A stretch of 64,000 nucleotides of DNA from Hormiphora californensis (GCA_020137815.1 CM035352.1:2914001-2978000), one strand, 5' to 3'. Positions 1-31,634 are shown, counted from the first letter of the stretch. A program made the numbers and translations. The notes: generated by a model not told the origin, from the letters alone.

Positions 1-2205
1 CGATGTGTCATCAGACTGTCCACGATGTGTCCACGATGTGTCGGGTGTCCCCAATGTGTCCTTAATGTGTCCTCAAACGTTCCGTAGGCAGTATGTCATA
101 CTACCGAAGATCCAGCTATTGCGTAGCAGGCGATTGCTTAGGTGAAAGTGCCTGTGTTCAGCATGACCATAGCCCTCAGTCTGATTAGTGATTGGTCAAT
201 GACTTGCACGTTGTCTTAAAGAATTTGTGGGGGAAAGTTTTTGCTTACCGTTTTCTCCCTACAACCAGCCCTGTGTGTCTCTTCTCCTGAGCTGTCCTGA
301 GCTGATGCTCTTGCGAGGGCATCCTTACCAGGGCATCTTTGAGGGATTACATGTAACCACTGTATACACTTAATTGCAACTCAATGTGGATTTATAAAAC
401 TCAATACCGACATCAGTTTCCTATTTTGTAACTGGTCCCTTAGGGACTGATGTCGGTTTCCAGGTCCCGCGGTTGCCACTAGCAATACTGACACTACGTG
501 CAGCGCCTACTTTCAATGCAATTCACATCGAAATTCGGTCACGTGATCGTAGATGTCGTGCACATCTGGTTCACCAGGAGTGTCCCAGCTGCAAACTGGT
601 GTCAGTTTCCAACCTGATATCAGCTTCCAATGTGTAACTGGAGCGTAACAGAAGGGGAGAGAGATTGTGCAGTAGCGTCAACACGTTCTCTCTTGATGCC
701 CTAAGGTAGTTACCATTGTTCTGGTCTTCTTTTCAGACTTGTTGTTCCCACACACCGCAATTCAGAATTTATCATCTTTTATTTAAGCTCATCCATGATC
801 ACTGCTTTCCGATTTTCTTCTGCAGACAGTAGACACTCTTCTCTTTAAGATTACAGCCAGCCTTGAAGATGCACCAGCACATGACAATGGCTTGAAACTA
901 TCGCTCAGAAAAGACTTTTAAATATCGCTTCTCACTGTCTCAGATACAGCTTCATCTTGAAGCTGGATAATCTTCTTTTGAAGTTGGATGTTACCCCTTT
1001 CTGACACGTTCGTGGCTCCTTTTCCAGTCTTCATACTTGCTGATCATTCATCTCTTCTTCACTTCTATATACCGTAAGCCTGAATAACTGTACAGAAAAC
1101 CTTCCCCTGGGGGAGCACAGTAAATCACCAGGTTTAACTGTGGTGTAGTATTCAATATTTCAATGGGTATTCTATAGCATTCTGGTATTCTCTCTGTGTT
1201 TTTGCAGTTGATGTCTGTTGAATAACTTCTTACTCAACAAGTCTGGGAGAGATATGTAGACTGTAGTACATATCTCGAGATAATATCTCTGATCCCAGAG
1301 TTAATCCCAGATTTAATTTGTTGAGTACATATTATGTACGTGTCAATAATATTATTATTGCTACATAGTACCACCATAACTACATATATTGCAATTATTA
1401 TTAGTGCTATTATTAGAGTTCTTTAGAACTCGGAGGGGGTAACGGCTCTGATAGGTGTATCATGATCAGGCCACCCGCATAACTATTCAGAACCCGAGGT
1501 ATGCTCTGTCAGAGCATTGGCCTGACCCATTCTCGCGCGAGAACTGTGGTCAGAGCATTGGCCTGACAGGGTATGCTCCAGTTGCAGTTTTGGACCCTGC
1601 AATCTGTAACTGGTCCTTTATGCTCCTTTGAAAGCTACAACAGCTGCAAACATCCCATATAGCTATCACGGGGAAACAGTAAAATCTGTGATATTGCTAT
1701 CTAAAATTTCCCATGTTTGAAATCATGTGCTTTACAACCTAACTACTGCCTTGCCCGACAGAACAACCTAACTCCTAACCTTTCCTGGTTTTAACTATTC
1801 CTAGAATCTGTTAATACTTCTAGAATATTCCGGAGGGAAAGCTTACCAGTGATCATACAGTGACAATGGGGGAAGGGAGTAGGAAACGGTTAGACACAGG
1901 TGGAATAGAATTTTAGAAGAAATTGCGATTAAATGAATGATATCATGATAGTCTGATCAGATCGAGAAAAAAGAAGTAAGATTGAGAAATTTATAGCGAT
2001 AGAGCGGGCACTGCACCTCTCTATTACAGATTGCCTTTTCCCATGTTCAGTTCCTGAAAGGTGGGGCGCAACCAATGAGATTGGAGCATTCAGCATGACA
2101 GCTAAATCTACAACCACGGTGTAACACGTGCCCAAGTTAAAGAACCTTTTATGTCTAGCTGTCAATGTGCGGAGAGAATGGAAGCTGGTGAGAGATTTAA
2201 GCGAA

Positions 2206-2386
<181 letters not shown>

Positions 2387-2733
2387 TTGTTCGAGAAATA
2401 GATATGAGAACGAGAAGAGAGGGTGAGAGAGATCGATGGTTAAGGTGAAGACACGAGCACAAGAGAACTACTCTCATGCTTTATCTCTCTCTCTCTCTCT
2501 CTCTCTCCCCCCTCTCTCTCTCTTTCTCTCTCTCTCTCTCACTCTCTCTCTCTCCCCCTCTCTCTTTCACCTTTCAAGATTATTTCTCTCCACAATTAGA
2601 TGTGACGTGTTAAACGTTGTGCTCATGCTCCCTGGTTACTCGGTTACAGGTTGTCTCACGTGACAAGCTCTCTCCCTGTCACGGGGTATGCCACGTGCCT
2701 CGCCTGTCACCTCTCACTCGCCACCCGGGATCA

Positions 2734-2741
2734 TATAAAAG
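2734..2741 (+). promoter_or_regulatory. TATA box of the small secreted-peptide gene
   Basis: TATAAAAG about 105 nt upstream of CACCATG at 2846. Confidence 0.55.
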
Positions 2742-2845
2742 CACCCCAAATTGAGGTTATTTCTCAGTGCTTTTTATTTCAACACAACAACAACCACCTC
2801 CACCAGCTCTATACAGCTCCCGTCGCCACCGACCAAGGAATCACC

Positions 2846-3837
2846 ATGCTTCACCTTCTCGCCACCCTTCTTTTTGTGTAAGTATTCACAGAATCCATTT
2901 TGATTACTTAATTTTTGAGTAAGTAACCCCTTACTCAACAATTTTGTTCCACCACGTTACTCTGTTCCACGTTTCAGTTCGTTAGGATTCATTGATTCAT
3001 TGAGTATATGATTTCTAACACCCCCTCTTTCCTTCAGAGGCTGCATGTTCAACAATGTAGTGGAGGGCGAGGCCAGGGCAACCATCAACGATCTATCATC
3101 CGCATCATCAGCTGGTAAGAGAGAGACAGATACACTTCCCCATGATATCATTAACAATCCTTTCGAACTAAGCCAGATTTATAGAAGAACCCCCCCCCCC
3201 CCCCCGGCCCCCTCCTCCCCCCCCCCCCCCCCCCCCCCCCCCGCCCCCCGCTTAACCTCTCAATATTGGAGACCACCTATTAACAGTTTTAACAAGGATA
3301 TATCTTCCTATTCAGAGTTCGTTGAAGATCTGGGAGCGGTAGACAGCGCTGAGAAGTCATCCATTGTCTCAATGCACGAAGCAGAAGAGGGTAAATTAAC
3401 AAACATCCCATTTTACTTTACTCCTTAATTAATTGTTAATTATTTCGCATTATTAATCATCAGTTTGCATTTTCAAAGCCCCCTAGTTCATGCCCCTATA
3501 ACAACTCTTACCTGCTAATAATATTGACATCTTCTCCCAAACACCACCATCAAGGCCATCAAGCTAGCTACTACTTTTACCTATACCTATGAACCACTCC
3601 CTGTTTCATACATTCGATCACTATTCAAGTTGCACAAGATCATAGTTAAATTGTTCATACACAGTCTCAGCTGCGACTCAACATCTGAGAGGCAATCAAA
3701 TTATCTTCTAACTCCATTGATCTCCCATTGATCTATCACTCACGAGACCAACATGATATCAGAACAACACGTACCGTCATATTGGCTGACTCTAACCCCC
3801 ATATTCCCCCTGCTCAGGTGCCGTATACGGTCGCTAG
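2846..3837 (+). CDS. 67-aa secreted precursor, candidate amidated neuropeptide (4 exons: 2846-2877, 3038-3114, 3316-3390, 3818-3837)
   Basis: GT-AG introns with compatible phases give MLHLLATLLFVGCMFNNVVEGEARATINDLSSASSAEFVEDLGAVDSAEKSSIVSMHEAEEGAVYGR*. Hydrophobic N-terminus, acidic spacer, terminal Gly-Arg-stop. Confidence 0.7.
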
Positions 3838-5481
3838 ATACCATCATTGGCGTGATTTGCTTTTAACCCGTGTGGAGAGGAGGGCGATATATTTTCAATA
3901 CACACACACCCATATCACCCCGGCTCAAAAGGAAGGGTACCCCACGAACGCACACACTCACACATACTAAATTGTATCGACGGGAGATCAATTATTTTAA
4001 GTTCGGCACGTTTTATTCTGCACACACACACATACGAACACACACGAATTCAACGAACACGTGGCAATGGATGGCAGTGAGTGGACAACAACAATAACAA
4101 CATCATCTCGCCAGCCCCGAGAGAGTGTGTGTGGGGGGAACAACGTTTTATCGTGTTCAGCAACTCTCATTATACGGACAGTGTGTGTGTGTTTGAAACG
4201 TCTCACATTCTGAGCTGTTGCTGTATCTTTTATCTATATTTTTTGCAATGCACCAAAACTCGTTTATTTTTAAATGCCTTATCAAACTAAAACGGAAAGC
4301 GAGTAAATTGGAATTTGAATGTTAGTAATGTACTGTCTATGGTTGTTGTGTAACACTCACATGTTATGTTGATGGTGTTCAATGTTCTTAGTTGGCCGTC
4401 GGCCGATAATAAAATGATTGTTCTTGTCTGGGGAACGAGAAAATCTCGGCAATCTGTTAGGACTTGGGAGCTACTGTTACAGCTGTTATAGTATGGAGAA
4501 AGTGCGATCCACTTCCAATAGGAATTGTAATTGTTTGGTTTCTGTATAGTTTGCAGATACATGTATAAAGTCGGACCCGATTTACTCGACAGATTAAATT
4601 CCCCTAATATCGTAGTCCGTAGACTTACAATATTTCGCACCGAGATACCGGAATAATCCTTTCCCCCGAGCATCCCGGTAAATCCTGGTAGTTTAGCGTC
4701 TACTATAATAATAGTAGTTATAATAACAGACGATGTATTACTTCAATCCGGCTTGAAACGGGAAGTATGCAGTTTTTTAATCTCCTTGGTGATTATGAGC
4801 TCCTACAGGCGGTCGTGGTTATAACAGGCTACCTGTTCGTCTAGCTCTCTAAGTACTCTGTAAGGTGGACGGTGCACTTATGGAGAACTCGGCACGAGTA
4901 AACACAACTAGTATGATAGTGCATCCCAGTTGGTGACACAGTCACCCTTACATTAGGAGCTCACGGCCAGCTCCTCGTTCGAGGGTGTCCGTTGACACTG
5001 AACACTCCTTAAATGTAAGGATTTACATCATCCACTGAAATTGTTGCAGTCTTGGTCGAGCTAAGGCCGTGACAGAGATTTGGAGCTCGGCCCCAAAGCA
5101 GTCCCTTTAGATGAAGAGACTTATCTTCCCACGAGCGGGCTGATGTTGTTGTTTTTAGGATAGAAAGATACACCCTCAATTGGAGCCGAGAAGAGTTCTT
5201 CTCTTGGACGTTAAAAGATCGAAAGTCGTCCTGGTTTTCCCAAAGATCCTCAGGTCTTGGTTATGCCCCATGGGCTATAAGGTATGGATTGAATAACTTG
5301 GTCCGTATCCTTTCTTGTACGTTGCAGCTAAGTTGTTTCGTGTTTGACGGGTTCTTCCTTTATCTTCACGGCTGCAAAGACTCCCACCTCCCACCTCCCC
5401 ACATTCGTTCGGGGGTAGGGCGCTTTACTTAGCCGAAATGAGCTCCAAACCCTAACTTTTTCGCCTAAAATTATATGGGCT

Positions 5482-5543
5482 ATTCGAATTCGAGCGGAGC
5501 GAAAGCGTAGCCGGCTACGCTTTCGCTCCGCTCGAATTCGAAT
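5482..5543. repeat. Perfect 62-bp palindrome
   Basis: ATTCGAATTCGAGCGGAGCGAAAGCGTAGCC|GGCTACGCTTTCGCTCCGCTCGAATTCGAAT, no spacer. Confidence 0.95.
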
Positions 5544-6455
5544 TTTGCTCCCAAAAAGGTCATCCAAGAACTTTGCCACCCCCTGGCCCCTGGGCTGAGC
5601 CATCCGTCAAGCAAGTCAGTGGGTGTCCCGTGGTGAGGGGTGGCAGCTGCCAGCTCCGCCCTCCGATCAGCCTTCAGGGCGTGTGGTGTTGAAAGTTAAA
5701 AGTTTTAAAAGGGGGCGGAGAACCCCCAAGTAGGAGGTGACCCCGCAGGTTAGGTCCAGCCTTCGGGGGAGGGGGCACGGTTTAAAAACGATTTAAAAAA
5801 TCAGGGTGTCCTCCACGAACCGTACTAAACTTTTAGATCTCGACTAATTAGGCCTTTTGAGTGTGAAAATTGGAGAGCTCTATCGATTTCGTCCACGAAC
5901 TACAGAATTAGTGTTTGTTTTTTGTGCTTTGAGTAGGGTTTTAGAGAGGGATTAGTTCCATACTAAAACCCCCTCCACGTGGTACAAGTCACGTGATTTC
6001 ACGCCCCATTTCACACTGAACCCATATAAGCCCCACTAACATAACACTAAAATTTAGACTAAACAGGCTGAGAATTTAGCCAACCCAAAGGCTGTCTAAA
6101 TTGAAACTAAATTTTACTATTGTGGAAATGCGTTCCCAAAACGACCCCAAAATGACCCAAAATGGCCACGACTGTCTTTGACATACATGCTTACATGATG
6201 AACTTGAGATATTGAAATTGAAAAAATCATTTTAAACTTGAGATATTGAAATTGAAAAAATCATTTTAAAGGAACGAGATAAGAGGGAGATGTGCATATC
6301 CCAGAAATATGAGAGGATATATGAAAGAGTATAATTAGACAGTACTTCTCAAGATATGTACTAGGGGGCCAAAATGAAATATTATACCGGATAGAATTGC
6401 CTGTATTATGTTTAACTAGCAAAATCATAGCAAAAGTATCAAAAGTAAGTACATA

Positions 6456-7089
6456 CACGGTGTTCATTTTGGATCTTTACAAGCGTTGGGCTTCACCCAG
6501 AAAAAATTTGACAAGATTAGGTCATGAAACTTCATACTTGGACTATTCTATACCCTCATTCAAGGTTCCCGGTATTTTCGGAGCTCTAGCACCCCGGAAA
6601 TTGTGTTTTTGGCATCAAAACTACCAGAAGGAATTTTTTGCTGGTGCTGAGACTGTAAAATGTTTTTTGGGTATTTTCTATGTCAATCCCAAAGTTTTAT
6701 GATGATTGAATGTGTTTTTCGATGTCAAAATTTCGAAAAAAGTGGCTGGAAAGACTCAATTTTTGCCGTTTTTGAGCCGTTTTCGAGCCTTTCCAGCCAC
6801 TTTTTTCGAAATTTTGAGTCCGAAAAACAAATTCAATCATCATGAAACTTTGGAATTGACATATAAAATATCCAAAAAACATTTTAGCAAAGTCTCAGCA
6901 CCAGCAAAAAATTCCTTCTGGTAGTTTTGATGCCAAAAACACACTTCCCGGGGTGCTAGAGCTCCGAAAACACCGGGAACCTTGAATGAGGGTATAGAAT
7001 AGTCCAAGTATGAAGTTTCATGACCTTATCTTGTCAATTTTTTTCTGGGTGCAGCCCAACGCTTGTAAAGATCCAAAATGAACACCCTG
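6456..7089. mobile_element. Tc1/mariner-type palindromic MITE
   Basis: CA(C/G)GGTGTTC...GAACACCCTG termini, TA on both sides, arms of about 300 bp. Confidence 0.85.
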
Positions 7090-8557
7090 TATATCTCTTT
7101 TATAGTCTCTCTCTCCTTCTCTCATTCCCCTCTCATTCCTCTCTCTCCCAATCTCAGTCCCCCTCTCATTCTCCCCTCTCATTCCCTCTTCTCTCCCAAA
7201 CTCATTCCCATCTCTCATTCCCATCTCTCATTCCCCCTCTCATTCCCACTATATCCCAATCTTTCACTCCCCCGCTCATTATCCCCCTCTCATTCCCCCT
7301 CTAATTCCCCCCTCTCATTCTCCCCTCTTTCCCAAACTCATTCTCATATCTCATTCTCCATCTCTTTCCCTCCTATCTCCCAATCTCTCATTCCTGGTCG
7401 CCCCTTTTATTATGCCCATTGCCCCTCTCGTTATCCCCCTCTCAGGTGTGGCACTGGCTATTAATTATCGCACATTGAGAATCAAGTGTCCTGATTGGCC
7501 AGTGGATCTCTATCTCAATTCACACATTACGTTCCACGTTATTGTATGTCACGCTGATATCTTCACGTGATGGAAAAGAGAGAGTGCCCATTGGGCGTCG
7601 CATCCTATCACATGTATAACACCTCAGTATCACATGGGTCGGACCAAGCCTCGAAACATGTTGTTCGTGGACGGTTATCTAAAGTTTAGCGAGATATTAG
7701 TCGCTCACTAACTTGACTTCTAAATTTCAACACTAAACTGAATTTAGTTTCGTGGAGGACACCCAGGCCTTTTCCTAAAGTGCGTTTCAAACGACTTGAC
7801 CTGAGATTCCTGGAAATTCAAGATTTCCCCTTTGTAAATACACGCGCGATGCGCCGAATTCCAAGAATTCCGGGTCAAGTCGCTTGAAACCAGGGACGTC
7901 GCTGGGCCTTCGGCCCAGCGCGTACCTGTGCGTCCAGGGGCCTTGGGCGGTAGCCCGGGTCAGGGGGAGTGGGGGGGTTTCAAGTTGAAACGGACTTTAA
8001 AAAACCGGGAAAACGGGGAAAAAAGATTTTGATTGATGGCCGTGGATCGAAAGAAAAAACTGCACTGTGGCGCGCCGATAAACCCTTTATGCTCTGCCGT
8101 GCGTTTAAGACGCGCGCGTTGCACCGGCGCAAGTTTCAAAATTCAAAATTTTCTTGACTTCAAATTTGCATCGTTTTCGTTTTTTTTGTGTTTTTGTTCT
8201 TATTTCTCTCCTTCATTTCGGGCTTCCGCCTAGGTGTCTGCCGTCCGTGGACAAGGGACACCCACCAGCATCGTCCCTGGTACGCACTAGCACTCTCCGG
8301 TATTGGAGGTATGAACACGCGAGCAGTAGACTACAAAGCGGAATATTAAATATTTGTATGATGATGAGTACCACCTGGTTGGTGGTTGATCAGCAATGTC
8401 CCTGACGGCTGACATTCCCGGCCTGCTTGACCTGTTTTTGTGATCCGTAGTGACTGGTGTTCCATAGTTTTGCCCCAAGATACGAAAAGAAGTTTTCAAA
8501 CATAGTGGACACCGACTTTCAGTTATCAGCATCAAGATTTAAAGTTATGGAAGCACT

Positions 8558-9000
8558 CGTCCTATCCTCCACCATCTGTCCCAGTCTCCACCTTTCGTCC
8601 TATCCTTCACCATCCGTCCTATCCTCCACCATCCGTCCTATCCTCCACCATCCGTCCTATCATCCACCATGATCTGGAATATCCTCCACCACCATCTGTC
8701 GCATCCTTTCACCATTCGTCCTATCCTCGACCATCCGTCCTATCCTCCATCTTTCGTCAAACTTTCCACCACCCGTCCTATCCTCCACCATCTCTCCCAT
8801 CCTCCACCATCCGTCCAATCCCCCACCATCCGTCCAATCCCCCACCATCCTTCCTATCCCCCACCATCCTTCCTATCCTCCACCATCCATCCTTCACCAT
8901 CCATCCTATCCTCCATCATCCTGTTCCTATCCTCTATCAGCTGTCCTAGACAGTACCATCACTCCTATCCTCCACCATCCGTCCTACTTCACCACCATCC
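8558..9000. repeat. Degenerate ~19-bp minisatellite (CCACCATCCGTCCTATCCT)n
   Basis: Repeated unit seen directly. Confidence 0.85.
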
Positions 9001-9518
9001 CGAGTTAGGAGAGACGTCCTCCACATATTGTTCAGAGCTAGGGTTTTTTGAGTGCGTATTCTTGTTCGTTTGTGTGTGGTGGGTGTATGGGTTAGTAGGA
9101 TCTTGGCAACTGAGATGTGGAGTAGAGTCTGAGGGTAGTCGAGAATTGGCCGAGTATGGGCCAGGAGAAAACAGTTACAAGAAACGTGTACCGTTACGAA
9201 AACGGCTGAAAGTGCAGTTATTCCTGCAGACTGTAAATGAACACTTCGAAAGTGATGATAAGTATGTGTTTATCAATGACAATCTTACTATTTTTATGTA
9301 AACGATGTGTGCTGAACATGATTTACTGTTTCCAAGTAGTCTAGGTATGCTGTGTCCGTTTGTGTGTGCACCTCTGTGTTCTCTTGTGAGATGACCATTT
9401 TTTAATTAACTTATTTAACTTAACTTATTTGTGTTTTGTGTATGTCTTTATATTTTGGGTGTTGGGGTATAAGTGTGAGTGTGAGTGTGAGTTTGAGTGT
9501 GAGTTCTGTGTGTGTGTC

Positions 9519-9568
<50 letters not shown>

Positions 9569-10168
9569 GGTGTGTGTGTGTGTGTGTGTGTGTGAGTGTG
9601 TGTGTATGTGTGGTGGTGTTTTGTAACTACCGTATTTTTAACTAACTTATTCGCCTTTTTCTTTTCGATTTTAGTAATTTATTAAACCCGGTTAAATCTA
9701 TCTGTCCGTTTAGCTCTCAGCTCATTCAATGTCATTGTTACCCGTCTCATTGGTTCGTCTGTGTGTGTTTGTCCCGCTTTAGGTAACTGCTGTTGTGCTA
9801 TTAGCCTCGGCCTAGAAGCGTATATTAATGTACTTAATTTTTAACTATATTTTATACGTATAGTGTAAGAGCGGGAGAGTCATATATTTTCTTATATTGA
9901 CTTGATATAAATTGTGAAGTTCATATTCATATTCATATTCTCTCCCTTTAAAAATTAGGGATCATGATCGATCACTGCCCGTGGGGTGTTGTCAGTTGTT
10001 ACCAGGTTTTCTAGATTGTATGATACCAGATTTAATAAAATAAGAAGAGTTTCGGCAGGTGATTTTGATAAAACAACTTACCAAGAGTCGCCTTCCGATT
10101 TTAGTTTAGGCATCAATGGTCCCTTTTGATGTCGGTTGAACTGTGAGGAACTTAGAAGAGGAGTCGCA

Positions 10169-22264
<12,096 letters not shown>

Positions 22265-22945
22265 GATACTGCTGGTGTTATTATAGCAAAGACCTTGCAA
22301 GCTACTACCTGCGAAGTTATATTTGTGACAGAGACACTAATTCAGCTGGATTTACCAGCAATTCAATGGCGGAAGAACTTGCGTGAAAAAAGAAACATGG
22401 ATTTTATGTGTGTGCATATGTTTTTTTACCAAAATGACTTATTGTTTCCCCCTACCCTGACAGAGATTGCTCAATTTTTATTTGTAAGTACCTACTACTA
22501 AGACGGAGGGAAAGAAATAAAGAGAGAGAGGGAGGTTATGATTTGCTTCCTCTGGTGTCTTAGTAAGCAAGTGAATTAAAACTGCTGGAATTAAGCCACA
22601 CAGTGTGTGTGATGAAGTTTGACATGCTATGTGCCATTAGCCGGTCTGGTAATGGAGCGCGCGAGAATCAATCTTGAATGAAGAGTACAGTTTCAGCATT
22701 GAGTGTGAGTGCGCGGGATGATAGCCACACGCTTCATGCGCTGACAAGAGCTCCGAACCTTTCCGTATGTCTGGTACCGTCCAGACCGTGTCGGCGCCGC
22801 CAGACAGTCCACCATTGGATATAACGAAATCAAAGGCTTTGGATAAATCAATAACAAATGGGGCCTTTGTACAAGTGGTTCTTTATATAAAAAACAGGAG
22901 TAAAATCAGATACGCTTGGTTAATAAGGGCAGTTTAAAAGACAGT

Positions 22946-27817
<4,872 letters not shown>

Positions 27818-27998
27818 ACCATACATTTTCTAAAGCGAGAAAATTAGGGTGAAATAACTTAATCTTTAAACATATTCTTGCCTCAACCTTCTAAAAAGTT
27901 TCCCCCGCGTTTTGACAGTGACTCAACCGATCATAGCTCAATGGGCATCTTTTTACTTGTTGCCTATCTGGTGCCGCCTACCCCTGTCACACACACAG

Positions 27999-28108
27999 TG
28001 TAGACCCGTCTTAGAATACTTACTGTCAAACTGAGTTCAAATTGGGGTCTGGCGCCACCAGGAAAACAGAACGTCACCTCGTTATAAGTATTCTAAGACG
28101 GGTCTACA
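27999..28108. mobile_element. Small MITE/inverted repeat upstream of the zinc-finger gene
   Basis: 24-bp inverted repeat TGTAGACCCGTCTTAGAATACTTA. Confidence 0.55.
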
Positions 28109-29051
28109 GTATATGCTTCGGATTTATTAAAACTATTCGCCCACCCTCGAATTGGCACAATTTATATCTGAGATATCGCCAATTCCTAGTAAGGTAGATA
28201 CCCCAAATTTTGAGGTTGGGAAGAATTTGAAATTTTCTTACTAACCTACAAATTTAAAGTCTCTATCTTTATCAGAGGGTGGAGCTATGGCCTGTAGAAC
28301 AAAAAGAGAGCGGACAGTTTCATAGTAGAGTCGATAACTACATCGACCTCTCCCAATTGTTCCAGTTTTTGTCACATCTGTTTGGAGCCTCGACACGACC
28401 TCTAGACAGGTGTTACTTTTTCACAAACTGTTTTCATCTTGGTGTAATCAGCAGTTGAAATGTTGCTGATCATAACAAAAACCGGACTAAATTTTTTCAA
28501 CTTGGGGTAAAACCATGGGTGTCAAAAGTTAGCTCTAGGTCCCCTGAGTAACCATCCGGAGACTCTAAGAGATATTTCAAGCCGTTCTCCCGTAATCATT
28601 AATCCCGGTGGAGAAAAAAATACAATGCGGACGTACGTGAGCGCTGGCAGGCTGTTTACATGTTATTGTATGTCTCTCACTCTCTCTGGAAAAACCGCAC
28701 GTGCGGTTGCGCCGCGCGAGATAACTCCTTCTGAAGGGGGAGAAAAGAGAGAGACGCACATTAACGTTATACATTAAAGTTGAGGTTGTAGGCAATTGCA
28801 CGTACGTCCATACTCAAATATGTGCTCTACCGGGATTAATGATTACAGGAGAACGGCTTGAAATATCTCTTGGAGTCTCCGGATGGTTACTCAGGGGACC
28901 TAGAGCTAACTTTTGACACCCATGGTTTTACCCCAAGTTGAAAAAATTTAGTCAGGTTTTTGTTATGATCAACAAAATTTCAACTGCTGATTACACCAAG
29001 ATGAAAACAGTTTGTGAAAAAGTAACACCTGTTTAGAGGTCGTGTCGAGGC

Positions 29052-30287
29052 GGGGGGGTTCCAACCTATTTTTTTGTATTTTTTTGTATTTTTTTGTACG
29101 GACCATACATAAAAGTATCCAAAATTCCTGTTTTTTTCCATACAAACAATACAAAAAAATACAAAAAAATACAAAAAAATAATGAAGGATGTGGGTGCGT
29201 GAAAAAAGTATAAATAATACATGTACATGAACATAAACGGAACCCAGCTATACATAAACGGTAAGAAATTGCGATTCGGGGAAATTTCTCGCTTAGAAAA
29301 TACGATTCGGGAAAATTTTCTTGGTAAGAAATTGCGATTCGGGGAAATTTCTCGCTTAGAAAATACGATTCGAGAAAATTTTCTCGGTAAGAAATTGCGA
29401 TTCGAGGAAATTTCTCGCTTAGAAAATACTATTCGAGAAAATTTTCTCGGTAAGAATTTGCGATTCGAGGAAATTTCTCGCTTAGAAAATACGATTCGAG
29501 AAAATTTTCTCGGTAAGAAATTGCGATTCGGGGAAATTTCTCGCTTAGAAAATACGATTCGAGAAAATTTTCTCGGTAAGAAATTGCGATTCGGGGAAAT
29601 TTCTCGCTTAGAAAATACGATTCGGGAAAATTTTCTCGGTAGGAAATTGCGATTCGGGGAAATTTCTCGCTTAGAAAATACGATTCGAGAAAATTTTCTC
29701 GGTAAGAAATTGCGATTCGAGGAAATTTCTCGCTTAGAAAATACGATTCGAGAAAATTTTCTCGGTAAGAAATTGCGATTCGGGGAAATTTCTCGCTTAG
29801 AAAATACGATTCGGGAAAATTTTCTTGGTAAGAAATTGCGATTCGGGGAAATTCCTCGCTTAGAAAATACGATTCGGGAAAATTTTCTCGGTAAGAAATT
29901 GCGATTCGGGGAAATTTCTCGCTTAGAAAATACGATTCGAAAAAATTTTCTCGGTAAGAAATTGCGATTCGGGGAAATTTCTCGCTTAGAAAATACGATT
30001 CGAGAAAATTTTCTCGGTAAGAAATTGCGATTCGGGGAAATTTCTCTCGCGATTTTGGCATGCTACATATGTAAAATATGTATATTAAGCCAAAAACTAA
30101 TTGAAATTAGTTGGCGGGAAAGGTGACCCACTTACACCTTTTGCTCCTGCCGGGTATCACCACGAACTCTCATTCTATCCCTCGGTATCTCAATCTCATA
30201 TTTTTCGAGGGTAACTTATTCCTGTTCGTTCTATCCCTCTCTCTCCTCCCTGTCTCCCTGTCTCGCTCTCTCTCTCTCGCTCTCTCT

Positions 30288-30360
<73 letters not shown>

Positions 30361-31634
30361 ACTCTCTCTCACTCTATCACAGTCTTTCACTGTCTTATTC
30401 CATCCTGATCCCGGCAGCAGGCAAAGGTGTAAGTGGGTCACCTTTCCCGCCAACTAATTTCAATTAGTTTTTGGCTTAATTTAGGTCCCTTTTTGGTTTC
30501 TAATCGCAGCATGACATTATTTCATGATGTAATATTGTCGAAATGATGCGTTATATGAGAAACGAGACGAATTTCTGTGAAAATCGTATTTTAGACGTCA
30601 TAATGACGTCATTTGACGTAATCAGTGACGTCGTAACGACGTAATTGCATCACGATATATTTTGAATCAATACCCCAAAGGAGCTTGTAAAGTTTCATTG
30701 ACCACAGTGGTCAGGAAAGGGAGTTTTTGCTCGAAAAACGTTCAATTTGCTTAATTTTTCGTCAAATTTTTGACTTCCGACGCGATTTAAGGGCTCAAAA
30801 TGATAAGCTACGAAAATTCGCTATATAGTATCTGAAAGTTCAGACGATTTGCCGGTAACGATTTTTCGTCAAATCAGAAATCGGAACACGTCTTCAGGGT
30901 GCTAGAGGCGTTTGAAAAAATTTAGTCGGTCTCGCGCAATGACGTCACTCGTGACGTCATTGCGCGCGTCATAGGTAAGATGAAGAGTCGCCACCCAGAT
31001 GGGTACATGCACGAGACAATTATCTGTCGAATGCCGCTTGGTTTAAGGTCGTACGATGTCTGGTTCGTCTCAAACTGGGACCAAACGGATGGTAACAAAG
31101 CGTCTATACATGTATATATGTATCAACCTAGTTATCCCCACACTGAATTTTCTGTTTTGGGGGTGGTGTTATAACTTTTGAACAAAAAGAGCTAGCCACT
31201 TGAAATTTTAACCATCGATAGAGGTCTACAAGAAGCTTCTAAGTACAAAATTTCAGCTTCCTAGCTCTTCCGGTTCGGTAGTTATCTCATGTCAAAAAGT
31301 GCCAAAATGGGCTAAAAGTATGAAATAACTATATATACGCTGTGAGCAAGCGGGCCGTTTTTGGGGGAAATTTTTTTCGGGGGATGGATGGGGTCACCTT
31401 TGCGCTTGCCAGCGCAGTGATATTTTGTGCTAAATTGCGTGAAATAGCGTGGAAGAATGTTTAAAAACAGTAAAAGTTCGAACAATAATGGTAAATTACC
31501 ATATAAAACTGTTTTTATTTTTTTGTATTTTTTTGTACTTTTTTGTATTTTTTTGTATTTTTTTGTATTTTTTGTTTGAGGAAACCCGTGTTTTTTTCCG
31601 TACAAACGTACACGAAATAGGTTGGAACCCCCCC
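29052..31634. mobile_element. Second copy of the 63-bp-array transposon, itself interrupted at ~30085-31419
   Basis: Same G7/C7 termini, TSD GTCGAGGC, array at 29260-30046. Confidence 0.85.
30085..30479. mobile_element. TTAA-bounded inverted repeat (~57-bp arms) around a (CT)n spacer
   Basis: TTAAGCCAAAAACTAATTGAAATTAGTTGGCGGG...CCCGCCAACTAATTTCAATTAGTTTTTGGCTTAA. Confidence 0.65.
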
